Shown here: piece by piece, positions 1 to 12,178 of the stretch
How the letters are laid out: every line of letters starts with the position of its first letter
How positions within the stretch are numbered: position 1 is the first letter of the stretch
Assembly: GCA_000934665.2 (NCBI GenBank)
Contig: JYFJ02003862.1
Coordinates: 1-36,945 of the forward strand
Reading direction: 5' to 3'
Origin: Catajapyx aquilonaris
Taxonomy: Eukaryota
DNA: 36,945 nt
Made by a program: the position numbers and the translations under genes
The notes under the pieces: model-generated
The model's database searches: none
What the model saw: the letters and a program-made list of their open reading frames with translations, nothing else
What the model was told of the DNA's origin: nothing

Positions 1-40
1 TACCTTCATCAAAATACAGTACTGTATTTTGATGAAGGTA
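1..40. repeat. Near-perfect 40-bp palindrome at the window edge
   Basis: taccttcatcaaaatacagt|actgtatttttgatgaaggta is self-complementary except for one extra T. Confidence 0.85.
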
Positions 41-1219
41 GGGGACGAGATTGGTAAAATATAATAATAATTATTACAATAATAATATATTATAAATGTA
101 TATATATATAATATATAATTGGTAATACTTATTTGAATTAAATACAAAATAATGAGAAATTGTCGGAAAATAGAAGTCAGTCATATTGGATGGCAATCAG
201 TTGCAGGATTGATTTGGCTGTGAACCGAGAAAGTTTTTAGTAGAGGTCTCTCCCATATATATAGATCAAATGTAGAACTATTGTATTTTTCCAATAAGTT
301 CTTTAAATTGTGAGTGTAATTATTTGACCTCAAAATGACCACTGATGGCTCTAAATCAGGTTTCCAGTGGTGTACAGTACATAACTCATGCCAACATTAG
401 CAGGTGAGCCAACAGAAAAATCAGCATACGCCAGAAGGACTTCATTGATATTATTTTCAAAATGGCTACCCCATATACCAGCCGGTCATTTGCGACATAT
501 TCGCGCCTGGATGCTGCACGCAGGACGAACATGGCACGTAAACGACATGTTGAAATATGACGTCATAGGGACCAAATTACGTGGATGAAGCGGTGTCTGA
601 CATATACCCGAACATGGTCACCATTCCTCTTAGCGGTGTCGAATTACGCGGAAAAGGCATAATATACCCGAAACGCACTTTTAATGAGCACACCCCTGAT
701 TTTAACTAGGGGGTAAATGAAGAATAATTATATCATATTATACTGTATACTGTATCATTTAAATTCTTTCCATACACTATGAGATAATATTCTCAGTCGG
801 ACTCGGGGATCGAAGTCGGTACCTCCGCAGTGAAAGTAGGTACTGTAGTTAAACATTACTTCTGGTGGAAAACTTATGTAAATGGTGTTTATTCTTACCA
901 GCGGAAGATACCACCATCACCGTACACTCGTACTCGTTGACCCAGAACAAATCGAAAATGTAGGGGTGAGAAATATCGAGGGACCAACCGGTAGACAACC
1001 CGACACATTGGCCTGCCCTTACACTCATATGGGGCAACACACACCACACCTTTTTGTATATAGGGAGATCGCCTGGCAGATTGGAAGCGCCAAGTTTGCA
1101 ACATGCTTTATACAGTAATAGGCTTGTATATGCCTCCCAGAAGGTCAGCGCAGAGATTATGATTTAAAGGCTTTTTTACTTTAAAGGTGTATTCAGTTCT
1201 TATTTATATACTACGTAAT

Positions 1220-1550
1220 GCGGAGTGGCGCTGCGGTAATGTATGCATCCACGGATGTTAAGGTCCCGGGTTCGATCCCGGCCCGGGGACACCCCCGTCA
1301 TCTCGTGCAGAGTTAGGTCGTCTCTGGTGGTATTTCCGCTCGACATATCCACACGGGGAAGTTCACGAAATTATGTACATATCTTGGAAACTTTGCGCTA
1401 CACATTGCACATCCCCTCCTGCCCGTGGGCGCGGGCGATTCAAATGAATAGGCTCCAAAATGTAACGCCGATCAATAAAGATTTAAATAATAATAATGTG
1501 CAAGTGCTTGTACCGAAGGAGTCAGAAGCACTACCCACAATTATTATTAA

Positions 1551-1621
<71 letters not shown>
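1220..1621 (+). mobile_element. tRNA-derived SINE, family A, copy 1, with (ATT)n tail
   Basis: A-box-like gtggcgctgcggtaa and B box ggttcgatccc. Body is homologous to 5743-5999 and 8717-9152. Ends in gcactaccc followed by (ATT)n. Confidence 0.85.
1540..1621. repeat. (ATT)n microsatellite
   Basis: About 27 units seen directly. Source of the poly-Ile ORFs. Confidence 0.98.
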
Positions 1622-1624
<3 letters not shown>

Positions 1625-2626
1625 CAACTGCCAATCTTTTGGTTGTTAACATTTTTCCAGTGAATCTCATGAGATGAACTTTATAACTTCCCGGGACATC
1701 ACAATTCCCTGCTGCTTTCGGTAGTATAATTATTTTTATTAATATATTCACCAAGTTATAAAAAATGAAACTGATCACAAGCCGATAATTGATTAATGAT
1801 TATTTATTAGCCTCTCTACGGGAGAGATCACGTACTTGTCAAACCAGAATTAGATTGCATTACCATAAGCCCAATGTGCATAAATTTTTCGCCGAACTGC
1901 TCATATGACCAAAAACTAATAATAAATCACATTGTTATTCGCGCACATTATGTCTACACAAGCCTACTCCCCACAGTGACGTCAATGTGGATTATATTTC
2001 AAAATATATTTCAACTTAAGTTACGACGAGTAATTGCAGACATGTCAACAAGCATTATTTTAGTGAATTTTCGGTAAGAATTATCAGGTATACGAAGCAT
2101 TTTGTAAGCCACAAAAAAATATACCTGATCACATAGTTTATGGCTACTAGAAGTAACTCTAATTATACTGGTATACCGGTGTATAATTTTCCAGATCAAT
2201 AAATTAATTGATGTTGATCAGCATCTTTAATAGGCATTTCCCAATAATATTGTTCGACAAGAGTATTTATTCTATTAATGATGTGTTTCTATAAGGTCTT
2301 TTGACGCTGATTCCAAATATGTACTTATATTTGTGCTGTCAGGTAGGCCTACAGGTTTTGAGATATATCATTTTTAAGTTTGGAAAGGTTTACTAGTGGT
2401 CATTCCGAATCAAGTGGGCAGAAATGGTTCTAGACCATGTCGGATTTTGGTGAAATACATCACAGCTGTACATGCATATGCCTCAACACGGCATATCAAG
2501 TTTAATCTATATTGCATAATACCGTGGGGAGGGAAAAAACTCCGAAAAGGGCAGAAAATGACGCCTTTTTTGGATAATTTTTTTTCGGTTAGTGGAAGTG
2601 GTCAAACCCCAAGAAACATTATTATA

Positions 2627-2954
2627 CAGGATGTCTCATCTTTTTTGTCCGAGCAGTTATCGAAAATTACGCGTAGCTGCTACTTCTTAAGAAGTGACTT
2701 GCAAACGGTGATTTGTCGGAGGAATGGGGAATGGGGAAAAGTGGGTCACACATCCCATGGCATGTGTGACCCTCTTTTTTCTAGGCTTGACTCTCAATTT
2801 TCAGGGGGCAGCACGTATGCCACTTCAACCTACGATTCGCAGGGAATATTCCCCGTTTCTCCGAAAAATCGCCGTTTGAAAGTCACTGCTTAAAAAGTAG
2901 CAGCTACGCGCAATTTTCCGATAACTGTTCGGACAAAAAAGATGAGACACTCTG
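2627..2954. mobile_element. Tc1/mariner-type MITE
   Basis: TA|caggatgtctcatctttttt...aaaaaagatgagacactctg|TA, with ~85-bp imperfect TIRs and a TA duplication. Confidence 0.85.
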
Positions 2955-4619
2955 TATATCAAGTGAAAGAGAAACACTAGCAACCTTCAGGTACCTTCAG
3001 AAAAAATCTTATTTGTTTAAATTTTTGTAATTTGAGGATCTGATTGCACAATGCAGTGCAATTTTAAAACTAGAGGATGCCCTTTGCAGTTCTATTCAGG
3101 AGTAAGACAGTACCACAGATCGCACGAGAATGGTTGTTCTACATTTACAGGTATTATGGAAATCCGGCGGACACACACACAAACACCCCCATTCAGATTG
3201 ATTATTTATTCCTCGTTTAATCATGCACGATGCCAGGTACTGGGAAAGTCAATAGATTGATAGCCAAGTTGCACAGATGGCACCTTGGCCATGAACTGTA
3301 ACTTAGTATGAGCCATTTGTATAAATTATTTACCACGTCAATTTGTTTAATATCAATCATTTATTTATTATTATGCTGGCATGCAAAGCAGGTGAACGTG
3401 ACCATGTTGTCCTTTGTCCACCACGTTGAATTATCAGTCTCCAGACACGTTAAGCTTGTAGTGACACGCGATTGAACAAGCAGTTTCGAAATTCGTGACA
3501 AGTCTGAAATCATGTCTAAATTAGGCACGTATAATGGCAGTTCCCAAGCTGTGTGCTGGGATTTGGTCGCACTCTCCTTCCTCCACCCACCCTTCCCACA
3601 CATCACCCTTTCCCTGAAATTAGTATTATAAACCGGGAATCCCGGCCTGACGATTACACTACAAGGAAGGGCTGGTGCACTGAAATTCCCGCCATCACCA
3701 TCAGAGTCGGCTTTTCCCTTTTCATATGCAAATACAGGACATTCAACTCGGTAATGGATCTTGCAAATATATCAAAATAATGAGGGACGAGGCTGCAATT
3801 TTCCAGGGGCCCTCAAAACATTCAGAACTTCCTATAATCACAAATCGGTTTTAGTCAGAGAGGAAATAACGTGCTTTATTTCAAGTTGAAATGCTCTTTC
3901 TGTTACTTTATGGCTCGTTCCGACATCCTGTTCAACCAGGATCGCTTCCTACCCCCCTTCTTCTCTTTCTCTCTCCCACCACCACCCTTCTTTCCCACCC
4001 CTATGTTGCAGATGGCAAAGACGCTGTAAACCTCCTTCCCAACTCGCCTGAGATTTCTCTTTATCTGTTTCGTTGAGAAACCCGGCAAAGATTCCCTCCC
4101 CGCCCGTTACGACACAATATTTTAGTGGAACTTGTACGCCTTCGGCTGCGAGGAGGAAGCCATAGTATTTATCGAGCCCTCTATACCTTCTCAAGAGGGT
4201 GGGCGGAGGGTGGGAGGGGGATATTCGGATCCGAATTCAGGCACAGGGCTGTAACAGGGAATAGGAGAAGAATTTAAAGTAGGAAATTAATTCGGGCAGA
4301 GTGTCCCGTGTTATCCCTGACAAAACCTCATCTTTATTCAGTAATGACACAGTTTAACAATGCAGCTTCGATAAACTGCGGAGGAGTGATACGAGAGGAT
4401 TCCTGCACAGAACACCGGATGCCTTTCTTACCCTACTCAATTATCTGTCTTCGTATTTCTCCCCTCTTGAACAGTTGGAAAAAGTAGAGAAAGAAAGTGG
4501 TTGGTCGTTTTATGACTCAAACCCTAGCTTTTTATACAATCACGACATATTAGGTACTGTTTCTGCAGGTTCCCTCTGCATTGTAAGCTATTCTTTCTAT
4601 GTATATGCAACACCGTATA

Positions 4620-4895
4620 CAGGGTGTAAATCCTAAGCGTGTCACCAGAAAAGATGGTGGTAGAGGGCGCAGGTGTGAGCATTTTTGCATAAGGAACTAG
4701 GGGTCGGAAACGCACCCTCACCGAGTTACGCCCCTTTCAAGTTTGCGGCAGGCAGTGTGCAAGAGGCCTGCGGCACGCGGCGGAATGGGTGAGGGGGGCT
4801 TGGCAGGTAGACCCCTAGTTCCTTATGCAAAAATGCTCACACCTGCGCCCTCTACCACCACCTTTTCTGGTGACACGCTTAGGATTTACACCCTG
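4620..4895. mobile_element. Tc1/mariner-type MITE (CAGGGTG termini)
   Basis: TA|cagggtgtaaatcctaagcg...cgcttaggatttacaccctg|TA, with ~87-bp near-perfect TIRs. Confidence 0.9.
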
Positions 4896-4905
4896 TATAG
4901 GCCTA

Positions 4906-5646
4906 CAGGGTGAATACTGTAACTTTGGAAAAAATCACAGGGTGGGTAGTGTAGACCAAGACAAGTATTTTTGACATAGGAACCCATGTCCGGAAATGCC
5001 CCCGTACGGGGGTACGGCCGTTTCCCGCACAATATTTGGATGCAGCCGAAAGCCCGAACAACAATCGTTGTTTGGCTGTTTACATAGCAATTGAAGATCC
5101 CAACCCTCTTAAGACACGTCAACACTCCAAAAAATGTCGTCTCTGATTCGCTGGTGTAAGAATAATGACTCCAACGAATCAGAGACGACCTTACATAACA
5201 AGTTGGCGACTCTCTTCTTTAAGGGTCTCTAGTTGTGCCTGGTGGGTAGGCAACCCACCGTACTCGAAACTTGCGTTCACCAGGTGTGTCGCGTGTGGAG
5301 GAGACGAAGGTGGACAATTATTGCGAGTGTCAAGTGCCGAACGGAGGATTTTATTAGATCAAGGTCAGCCAACTCTGTTATACAGATTTTACAGTCATGA
5401 AAGATGGAACTAATGGATGACACAATTTTATTACCATGCGTCATTGTGTTGGGATCTTGAATTGCTATGTAAACAGCCAAACAACGATTGTTGTTCAGGC
5501 CTTTGGCTGCATCCAAATATTGTGCGGGAAACGGCCGTACCCCCGTACGGGGGCATTTCCGGACATGGGTTCCTATGTCAAAAATACTTGTCTTGGTCTA
5601 CACTCCCCACCCTGTGATTTTTGCCAAAGTTACAGTATTCACCCTG
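4906..5646. mobile_element. Tc1/mariner-type MITE with ~200-bp TIRs
   Basis: TA|cagggtgaatactgtaac...gttacagtattcaccctg|TA. Mirror ORFs 4886..5125(-) and 5436..5675(+) reflect the TIRs. Confidence 0.9.
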
Positions 5647-5742
5647 TATTTCACAAAACATTGTACGGTGTCTGAGATTACTATGGCAACATTCAGGAAC
5701 AAATACTTTTATACGCTTTCATACGTATTACTCAAAGGATGT

Positions 5743-5999
5743 GGGGAGGCGGAGTGGTGCTGCGGTAAAGTACGCGCCCACGGATGTTAAGGTCCCGGGT
5801 TCGATCCCAACCCGGGGACACCCCCTTCATCTCGTGCAAAGTTCAGGGTCACCTCTGGCTTCGCCTCGGGTGGTATTTCCAACAGACTCAACCACCCGGG
5901 GGAGTTCACTAAAAATGGCCACTGCGTCAGATGCACTGCACCTTGCAGATCACCTCCTGTCATCCTGCCCGTGGGCCCGGGCGCTTCAACTATAATAGG
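5743..5999 (+). mobile_element. tRNA-derived SINE, family A, copy 2 (3' tail missing)
   Basis: Head ggggaggcggagtggtgctgcggtaa...ggttcgatccc. Body aligns with the other two copies. Confidence 0.85.
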
Positions 6000-6439
6000 T
6001 TACTGCGCCCCCCCCCCCCATAACCGCCCNCAGGTGCTCACCGACGGCGTGACCCCGTGGTACCCAATACAGGGATTTTCTAATCCCGTGGTACCCAATC
6101 CAAGGACTGATCAAAGTGGCATTACTGCGTCCACCCTCTACTAATCATCTTCTCCCATCACCTGGCACTCCAGACGTCCAGAGTTCTCCTTACTATTTTC
6201 TCACTCCCTGCCCTCATTCGCCTCTCTTGGAGTTCCAATTCCACCCTCCATCCCTCCTCCTCATTTGGCACTGGCACTGGTACAACCCCTATTGTTGACT
6301 CCTCATTGTTGGCTCTGATGCGCATGCCAATTCAACGGCGACGGGGAAATCGTCTCCACTCGCCTGCCGCCATCTTTCAGCAGCACTCCGCCCTGCACCG
6401 ATGTTGTCTCTTTCCGACACCGTCGTGGAAGAGAGCTGA

Positions 6440-6485
6440 TTTTTGAACATTTTTGAACATTTTTGAACATTTTTGAACATTTTTG
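6440..6485. repeat. 10-bp tandem repeat (tttttgaaca) x ~4.5
   Basis: Seen directly. Confidence 0.95.
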
Positions 6486-8554
6486 TGCTCATCTAGTGAC
6501 TCAAATGCAGCGACTGCCATTTGTGAATTTTTGTGTAACTTGCTATATATTATATTTCTTGTGACATGTGCGATATGTGTAGCATATCTCTGTATTTTCT
6601 CTATTCTGGAATTTTTTGTACTTTGGACTTTTTGTAGATTATGTACTATTTTGCACCATTCCCTTCGACCCGCCCACTTCTCCATTTTGGGGGGGAGGGC
6701 ATATATACCCAGGGCCACCTGATATACCAGTCCTTCCTCACCACCCACCTTTCCCCTCCTGCTAATTAGTCCCTTCCTGTCCAGCTCACCCTCTCCTCTC
6801 CTCCATAGACTTATCGGGTCATGACCCCGCGTCCTTCTTGCAACCCTTTTCCAATCCTCCCCCAAGCCACCTACCCTTGACCCCCAGAGTGAGGGACTCC
6901 ATAAATAGGAGTTGGACTGGTGGGCTTGGCGTTGGCCCTCTTTCACTCTATCCTTTGCCCTGATCAGGTCCTTCCTTCCTTCCTTCCTTCCTATTCCTTC
7001 TCACTGTATTTATGCATCATATTGTAATATACTAGTTATTAGCCCACCCTTGTACGTTATTCTCACCTACCCCCGACGCGACGTACCGTTACAGGATGAC
7101 GCCCAATAAGTAACCGATAGGTCATGGGGTCCGTGATAAATCAAGTGCAGTGGACTTAATGATCATGTAACTGCAATTTGCACCATTTAATGCCCATCAA
7201 AACACATTACACACATCACTGACCCTTCATCTGCCTTTCAGCACACTATGACATAATATGCTTCGAATCCCTCTTCCTTTCCCCTGTTGCATCCAAAACA
7301 TCAATCAAATAATACCTCTTCACAACCAATGAATTAACCCACACATTGCTCCTTTAACCCTCGAAGCAATAACCTCCAAAATAAAGAATAACTGATGATG
7401 CAATAATGGGGGNNNNNNNNNGGGGGATCGGTCGCACAAACCCACTGAAGATCACACTTTAAAGTGCGTTCAACATTTCCCAAAAACAACGAATATCTGA
7501 TGATGAAACCATGGGAAGAATAGGACACGCAACTCACTGAACCTCACACTTGACGTGCGTTCAACCTGCCCCTCAAATACCTCAACAATTCCCCGGTTCA
7601 ACAACACCATCAGCAACGGGGACTCCCAAACCCAATATAACACTGAATACTAACCAGTATCAGCAGCTCCTCTGGACCCCCACACATCGTGAAGCTCAAA
7701 AAAGGGAGTGAGTCCCACAACAAAAAGTGGCTGTTCAGGCAAGGTCAGATAACTCGGTCTGCGTGGAGGGAAGGCAATGGTCCCATTGCCCCATCGTCGC
7801 ATTCAACTGTGACAATTTCTCAATTGCAGTTAAGAATGACACATGCACCATACGTATAAAAGGCCAAAAGGCCAGGCAAGAGGATTGATTGCTTAAGGTG
7901 GATATGAACCTACTCTCTAGTCAACTGAGAGTCTAGAATGGGAAAGTTAATAAGAAGTGCTAAAATCAGGGAAACATATGCACCTGATGCAGCAGTAAAT
8001 GCTGTTCAATCCTATGCATTCCATTCGAATCTGCATTTTAATATCGATTTAATATGGGCCTATTACCGGCTGGAAGTTTTTGTGCGCAGTCGCTATTTTC
8101 ATACCTGCCAACTATAACATGGTATTTGGAGGTATTCTGAATATTTTTTATTTTGGATGGAAATCAATTTTATTAGGTCCTAATTACGAGGTCCCACTTT
8201 GTCATGGCATTTTTACAAGTTTATTTCCGAAAGGGGAGGCTGTAGCTCTTCATTTGTGCCTGATTTGGTACGCATTGTGTTGGTATGCGTGTGCACAGAT
8301 ACAGGTAGAAGTGGCAACGCAGCAAGGTCCGCCCTCTCGTACCCGCCTTCTGTCGCCACCGGAACGGCAAAGATTTCGTCCCACTGCACTGCGATGAGTT
8401 ACTTCTCACTTAGCAGTACCAGTGTTGGTACTGGAATAGCTCAGTTAGCAGTAGGTAACTAGCAGTGGGATTAAAATTCCACCCAAGGTTCTGCAGCAAC
8501 ATAATTGTATTGCATGTTTATCCATATACTATCGAAAGAAAGCGACATAATAAC

Positions 8555-8715
8555 CACTGGCGCACCCACGCCACGGTGGGAGGGGCGGGGAGTTGAACAG
8601 GTTACCCCCCCCCCCCCCCGAGAGAAACATCGAATTTAAAAAACGGGGGAAAATTTAGCACCCGGAAACTATGCAGCTACAATGTGTCAGTTATAATATG
8701 ACTAATATAACTATT

Positions 8716-8813
<98 letters not shown>

Positions 8814-9235
8814 TAATCCGGGGTAGTGCTGACCTCATCAGAGGTATGTAGCACGGACCTTTATTTATTTTTGTCGTGTACATCGGAGCCTTTATACGTA
8901 ACGCCCGGGCCCACGGGCAGGATGACAGGATGACAGGAGGGGATGTGCAAGGTGCAGTGCAAAGTCTTATACGTGGCCATTTTTAGTGAACTCCCCCGGG
9001 TGGTTTAGTCTGTGGATATACCACCCGAGACGAAGCCAGAGGTGACCCTTGAACTCTGCACGAGATTAAGGGGGTGTCCCCGGGTTGGGATCGAACCCGG
9101 GACCTTAACATCCGTGGGCGCATACGTTACCGCAGCACCACTCCGCCTCCCCTTACTATTATATACTTACTATACTAATCTTACAAACACCCCCCCCCTC
9201 CCCCCTGCCAAACGAAAATCCTGCGTGAGCCATTG
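8555..9235. mobile_element. Possible hAT-like MITE hosting the SINE and microsatellite
   Basis: cactggcgcacccacg...ctgcgtgagccattg imperfect TIRs with subterminal poly-C tracts. No clean 8-bp TSD. Confidence 0.45.
8717..9152 (-). mobile_element. tRNA-derived SINE, family A, copy 3, with (ATT)n(AGT)n tail
   Basis: Reverse complement of the family A head at 9080-9152. Ends in gcactaccc followed by the microsatellite at 8717-8812. Confidence 0.85.
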
Positions 9236-11826
9236 TCATAAGACTCAGTCATAAGTCATAACCATTTCACTTGCACTCATATTTCTCTGTCGTATGCAAC
9301 CGTATCTCGCTACTGCAAACGCGGTGTTGCCCCTTCCTTCCTCGCCTGAGGCAGCAATGTAATGTCATTGGAGAGTTTTCCGTCGATAACAATTTCAATA
9401 CCATGGCAAGGTGTCATTTTCTTTTCAGAATTACTCTCTATACATTATTCATCATATTTTCATCATTTTAATTTAAAGGTCTTAGATAATTATCTAAGAT
9501 GCTTTCCAGGAAAGTTTTAATTCCCCATAAGCCTCAATGTTAATTGGAAACTTCCGAGTCACCCTGTGAGCTAATTTGCATGGGAAGGGGTAGTTTTTTT
9601 TGGTGTCATTGGGAAGAAGACCTCTTAAACTATGACGTGTGTAACTTTCATAGAGTTGTTAGATAGTGACCTGTAGGTTCACATCCACCTTAAGCTTTTA
9701 ATTGTGCAACAGCACCAGTGGCCACCGTTCACCAGAAACTATAACTTATGTTGTGCAGTTCATATGCGACTCACGCCAGCTTCGGTGAGCCAAAGGTAAG
9801 GATTGATGAGTGATCAGTGGGAAGTCAGATTCAGAAGGTGAAAGAAAAACGAGGTCTGACTACAAAGTGGACATTATTGTCTATTTTGGTAGGACAACAA
9901 TCAAGGTCACCATCCTGTAACACAAGACTGTGGGTCGCATGTGCCCACACCAAAATCAGACATGACTTATTCGCACGTATGAAAAGTATAAGAGTGTAGT
10001 CAGTGCCTGCATCTCGCTCTTTCCCCAAACATTCAATAACCTGGACTGCACCAATAGCCCACAAAGTCAATGCATTATTTCACTCAAAAAATATGTTGCC
10101 TCTGACCAAGTCGAGAACCATAGGAGCAACTTAGTTTTGTATATCATCTGTGACCAAGTACAGACTGAAACAAAAAAATGCAAACACGAATAGGTCCCAT
10201 TAGTGTGTGTCATGCTGATTGAGAATTCCAAAGAAGTAGAACCAGGGCAAATACTAACCCACTGTGCCAATGATGCCGTGTAAACACTATAATAATGGAG
10301 TAAAAGAGCAAACCTTTATTTCAAGTATCCTATACATTATTCATCATATTTTCATCATTTTAATTTAAAGGTCTTAGATAATTATCTAAGATGTATCCTA
10401 TACATTCCATAGCAGAATTACATCTATTTTGTCCTGGTGACTGAAATCAAACTTGCTGCTTAACAACTTTTCAGTATATACCAGAACTCGACCTGCTTAC
10501 CAAGTTTGTGAAATGATAGATACCCACCATGTTCCTGTGCAGAAGGGAATACCTGAGCACCAGCAAAGTCGCCCTGACATGCGAAGGGGCCAGCTTCTTC
10601 AACTAGTCCACCCTGACCTGATGAAGAATCAGCCACATTAACTTGTCCATCCTGTCCAGCAACTGCACCAGCATCAGCACGAGCTCCTGCAATCATCAGA
10701 ATAATACGTTACAAAAATCATTTAATAACCTTGCATTGCTGCATTGGGAGCCTGGCAACAAATACTCAGTAAATGGAAGGAAGTTTGGGTTTTGAAGTTG
10801 ATGAAAGCACAAGGTGACCCTTTTCTTCGCACCATCAAACTAAGCAGATTTTGTGAATATATTATAAGGTAATGACTTGCCTTTGTATGGGCACAAATTA
10901 TGCAAAAGCCAATCAAAAAATGCTATTTGCAACAGGGTTTTCTCTTCCTGAATGGTTCTCATGGAATGGCTGCTAAACCTGCTCAACACTGGGGAAGACA
11001 GTGTGGTACAACAGTAGACAAACACACGTGCATAACATAATAAAACAATGCAATGTCAATGCTTACTATTATGCAGCTGCTGGAGTACGTCCTCCATTCT
11101 CATGATATGGCCGGTTCTGACGCCAATGTTTCCACTTACCGCAGTATCTACATTTGATATCACTGCGTGGTTTATCCATGGTCTGAAACCAAGAAACATC
11201 AGTGCATATAATACTGCCCAATGGATTTTTGCATCCACTGGAAACATATCACTTTGAGCAGCAGGTTTCTGCAGCAGCCGGTTTACACAGAAGCAGGTTT
11301 ACGCAGAACCTAAGGCACAGTGAGCTAGGCGGCACTGGGCATGGGCTGGGCATGCACTGGCACACTGCAACAGGGTCCATTAATGTATATACGCAAAGTA
11401 CCAAACCAAACCTCGGAACTGGGTCGCTGACAAGAACTGCGAAAATACACTGGATCATGACAGAGGAGAGGTTTCATGAGGAGGCTACGTGGACAATGGC
11501 ATGTCTAGGCCCCAAACTTACCAGAACACTGGAAACGTCAACTGATGAATGCGTCTGACGTGCTAACGGTACTGCAACAGCATTTATCACGCTGTCCTCC
11601 GGCCCTTATAAACTTATATTGGGATATTTTGTGGGGGCGGCCATATTGTGTCCGACCCTGGGTTTGCGGCGAGACTCAGCCAGACCTTTAGCATATCGCA
11701 CGTGTTCGAAAATAAATGATGAATTTTGCTATGTTATATTCGATTCTGTTCTTGGCGAAGTGCCCATGGGTTTAACAATATTTAAAAATTGTCTGATTTT
11801 TCCTGATGTGATGTAACTGGGCAACT

Positions 11827-12178
11827 CAACGAGATAAAATACCATAGAGGCCGTAAAGGTCACGTGATCTTTGGCGTCCATGCCACTTCACGGCAAGAAC
11901 TTGCGCGCACTTGAAATTGTCGCATTCCAACCCTGTTCTCCTCTGTCTACACTCCTGCCTCCTGGCGGGGAGTGGGAATAAACAGAGATAAGAGAATCCT
12001 CGGTGCTTTCACCAGACAGCCTTTTCGTCCTAGTCCCGCCAGGAGGCAGGAGAGGAGAACAGGGCTAGAAATACTACAATTTCCAAGTTCTTGCCGTGAA
12101 GTTACATGGCCGCCCGTTATCTCTATTGGCTTCAAAGATGTCCGACCTTTACGGCCTCTATCCTATTCTATCTCGTTG
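11827..12178. mobile_element. P-element-like MITE
   Basis: Perfect 8-bp TSD GGGCAACT (11819-11826 and 12179-12186). TIRs caacgagataaaataccatagaggccgtaaaggtc / gacctttacggcctctatcctattctatctcgttg, plus an inner inverted repeat cttcacggcaagaacttg. Confidence 0.8.

Larger units (their letters stand above)
7897..9689. mobile_element. Kolobok-like non-autonomous DNA transposon (TTAA TSD, GG termini)
   Basis: TTAA|ggtggatatgaacctac...gtaggttcacatccacc|TTAA, a 17-bp TIR with 1 mismatch. Purine-purine termini argue for Kolobok over piggyBac. Confidence 0.75.
7141..11600 (-). pseudogene. Degenerate DDE transposase relic, Dada/DUF6729-like, with Ulp1-like and PHD-like C-terminal remnants; interrupted at 7893-9693
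   Basis: Frameshifted motifs appear in order on the minus strand: KCRYCG (~11138-11155); IDIALFYYV; FDWLLHNLCP..KSLP..IFTKSA (~10840-10925); YYSDDC (10689-10706); V-A-D-x-F/H...LKKLAPSH (~10580-10640); CPGSTSLE (10226-10249); ELRVLFFPWF..YSLFLGNVE (~7460-7540); CVMCFDG..MVQ..C..DH*VHCT* (~7141-7220). Matched to consensus from memory only. Confidence 0.5.

Noticed and set aside
1220..1290. SINE heads as genuine tRNA genes (also 5743, 9152, 15322, 24995, 27276)
   Set aside because: They have degenerate cloverleaves and are attached to shared non-tRNA bodies.
1243..1778. Poly-Ile ORFs (also the poly-Leu/Tyr/Ile ORFs at 8677, 12730 and 26750)
   Set aside because: These are translations of (ATT)n microsatellites and SINE sequence, not genes.
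6440..6485. Short direct repeats as a CRISPR-like array (also 24088-24165)
   Set aside because: There are no unique spacers, the context is eukaryotic and no cas genes are present.
7090..7105. caggatgacgcc as a U6 snRNA remnant marking a Dada target
   Set aside because: Only about 8-10 nt match and the flanking U6 sequence is absent.
7410..7426. N runs (6030, 7413-7421, 16578)
   Set aside because: Assembly ambiguities next to G/C homopolymers, not biology.
8820..8850. CTGATGAG on the minus strand as a hammerhead ribozyme core
   Set aside because: No downstream GAAA or stem II, and the motif is not conserved in the homologous SINE tail at ~1505-1537.
10460..10696. MULE-type 'VFP..C.FH' reading of the ORF, and a SWIM-like CxC..H at 9860-9930
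   Set aside because: Key Cys residues are missing. The alternative-frame DxxH and GSTSLE motifs fit a Dada-like protein better, although MULE is not fully excluded.
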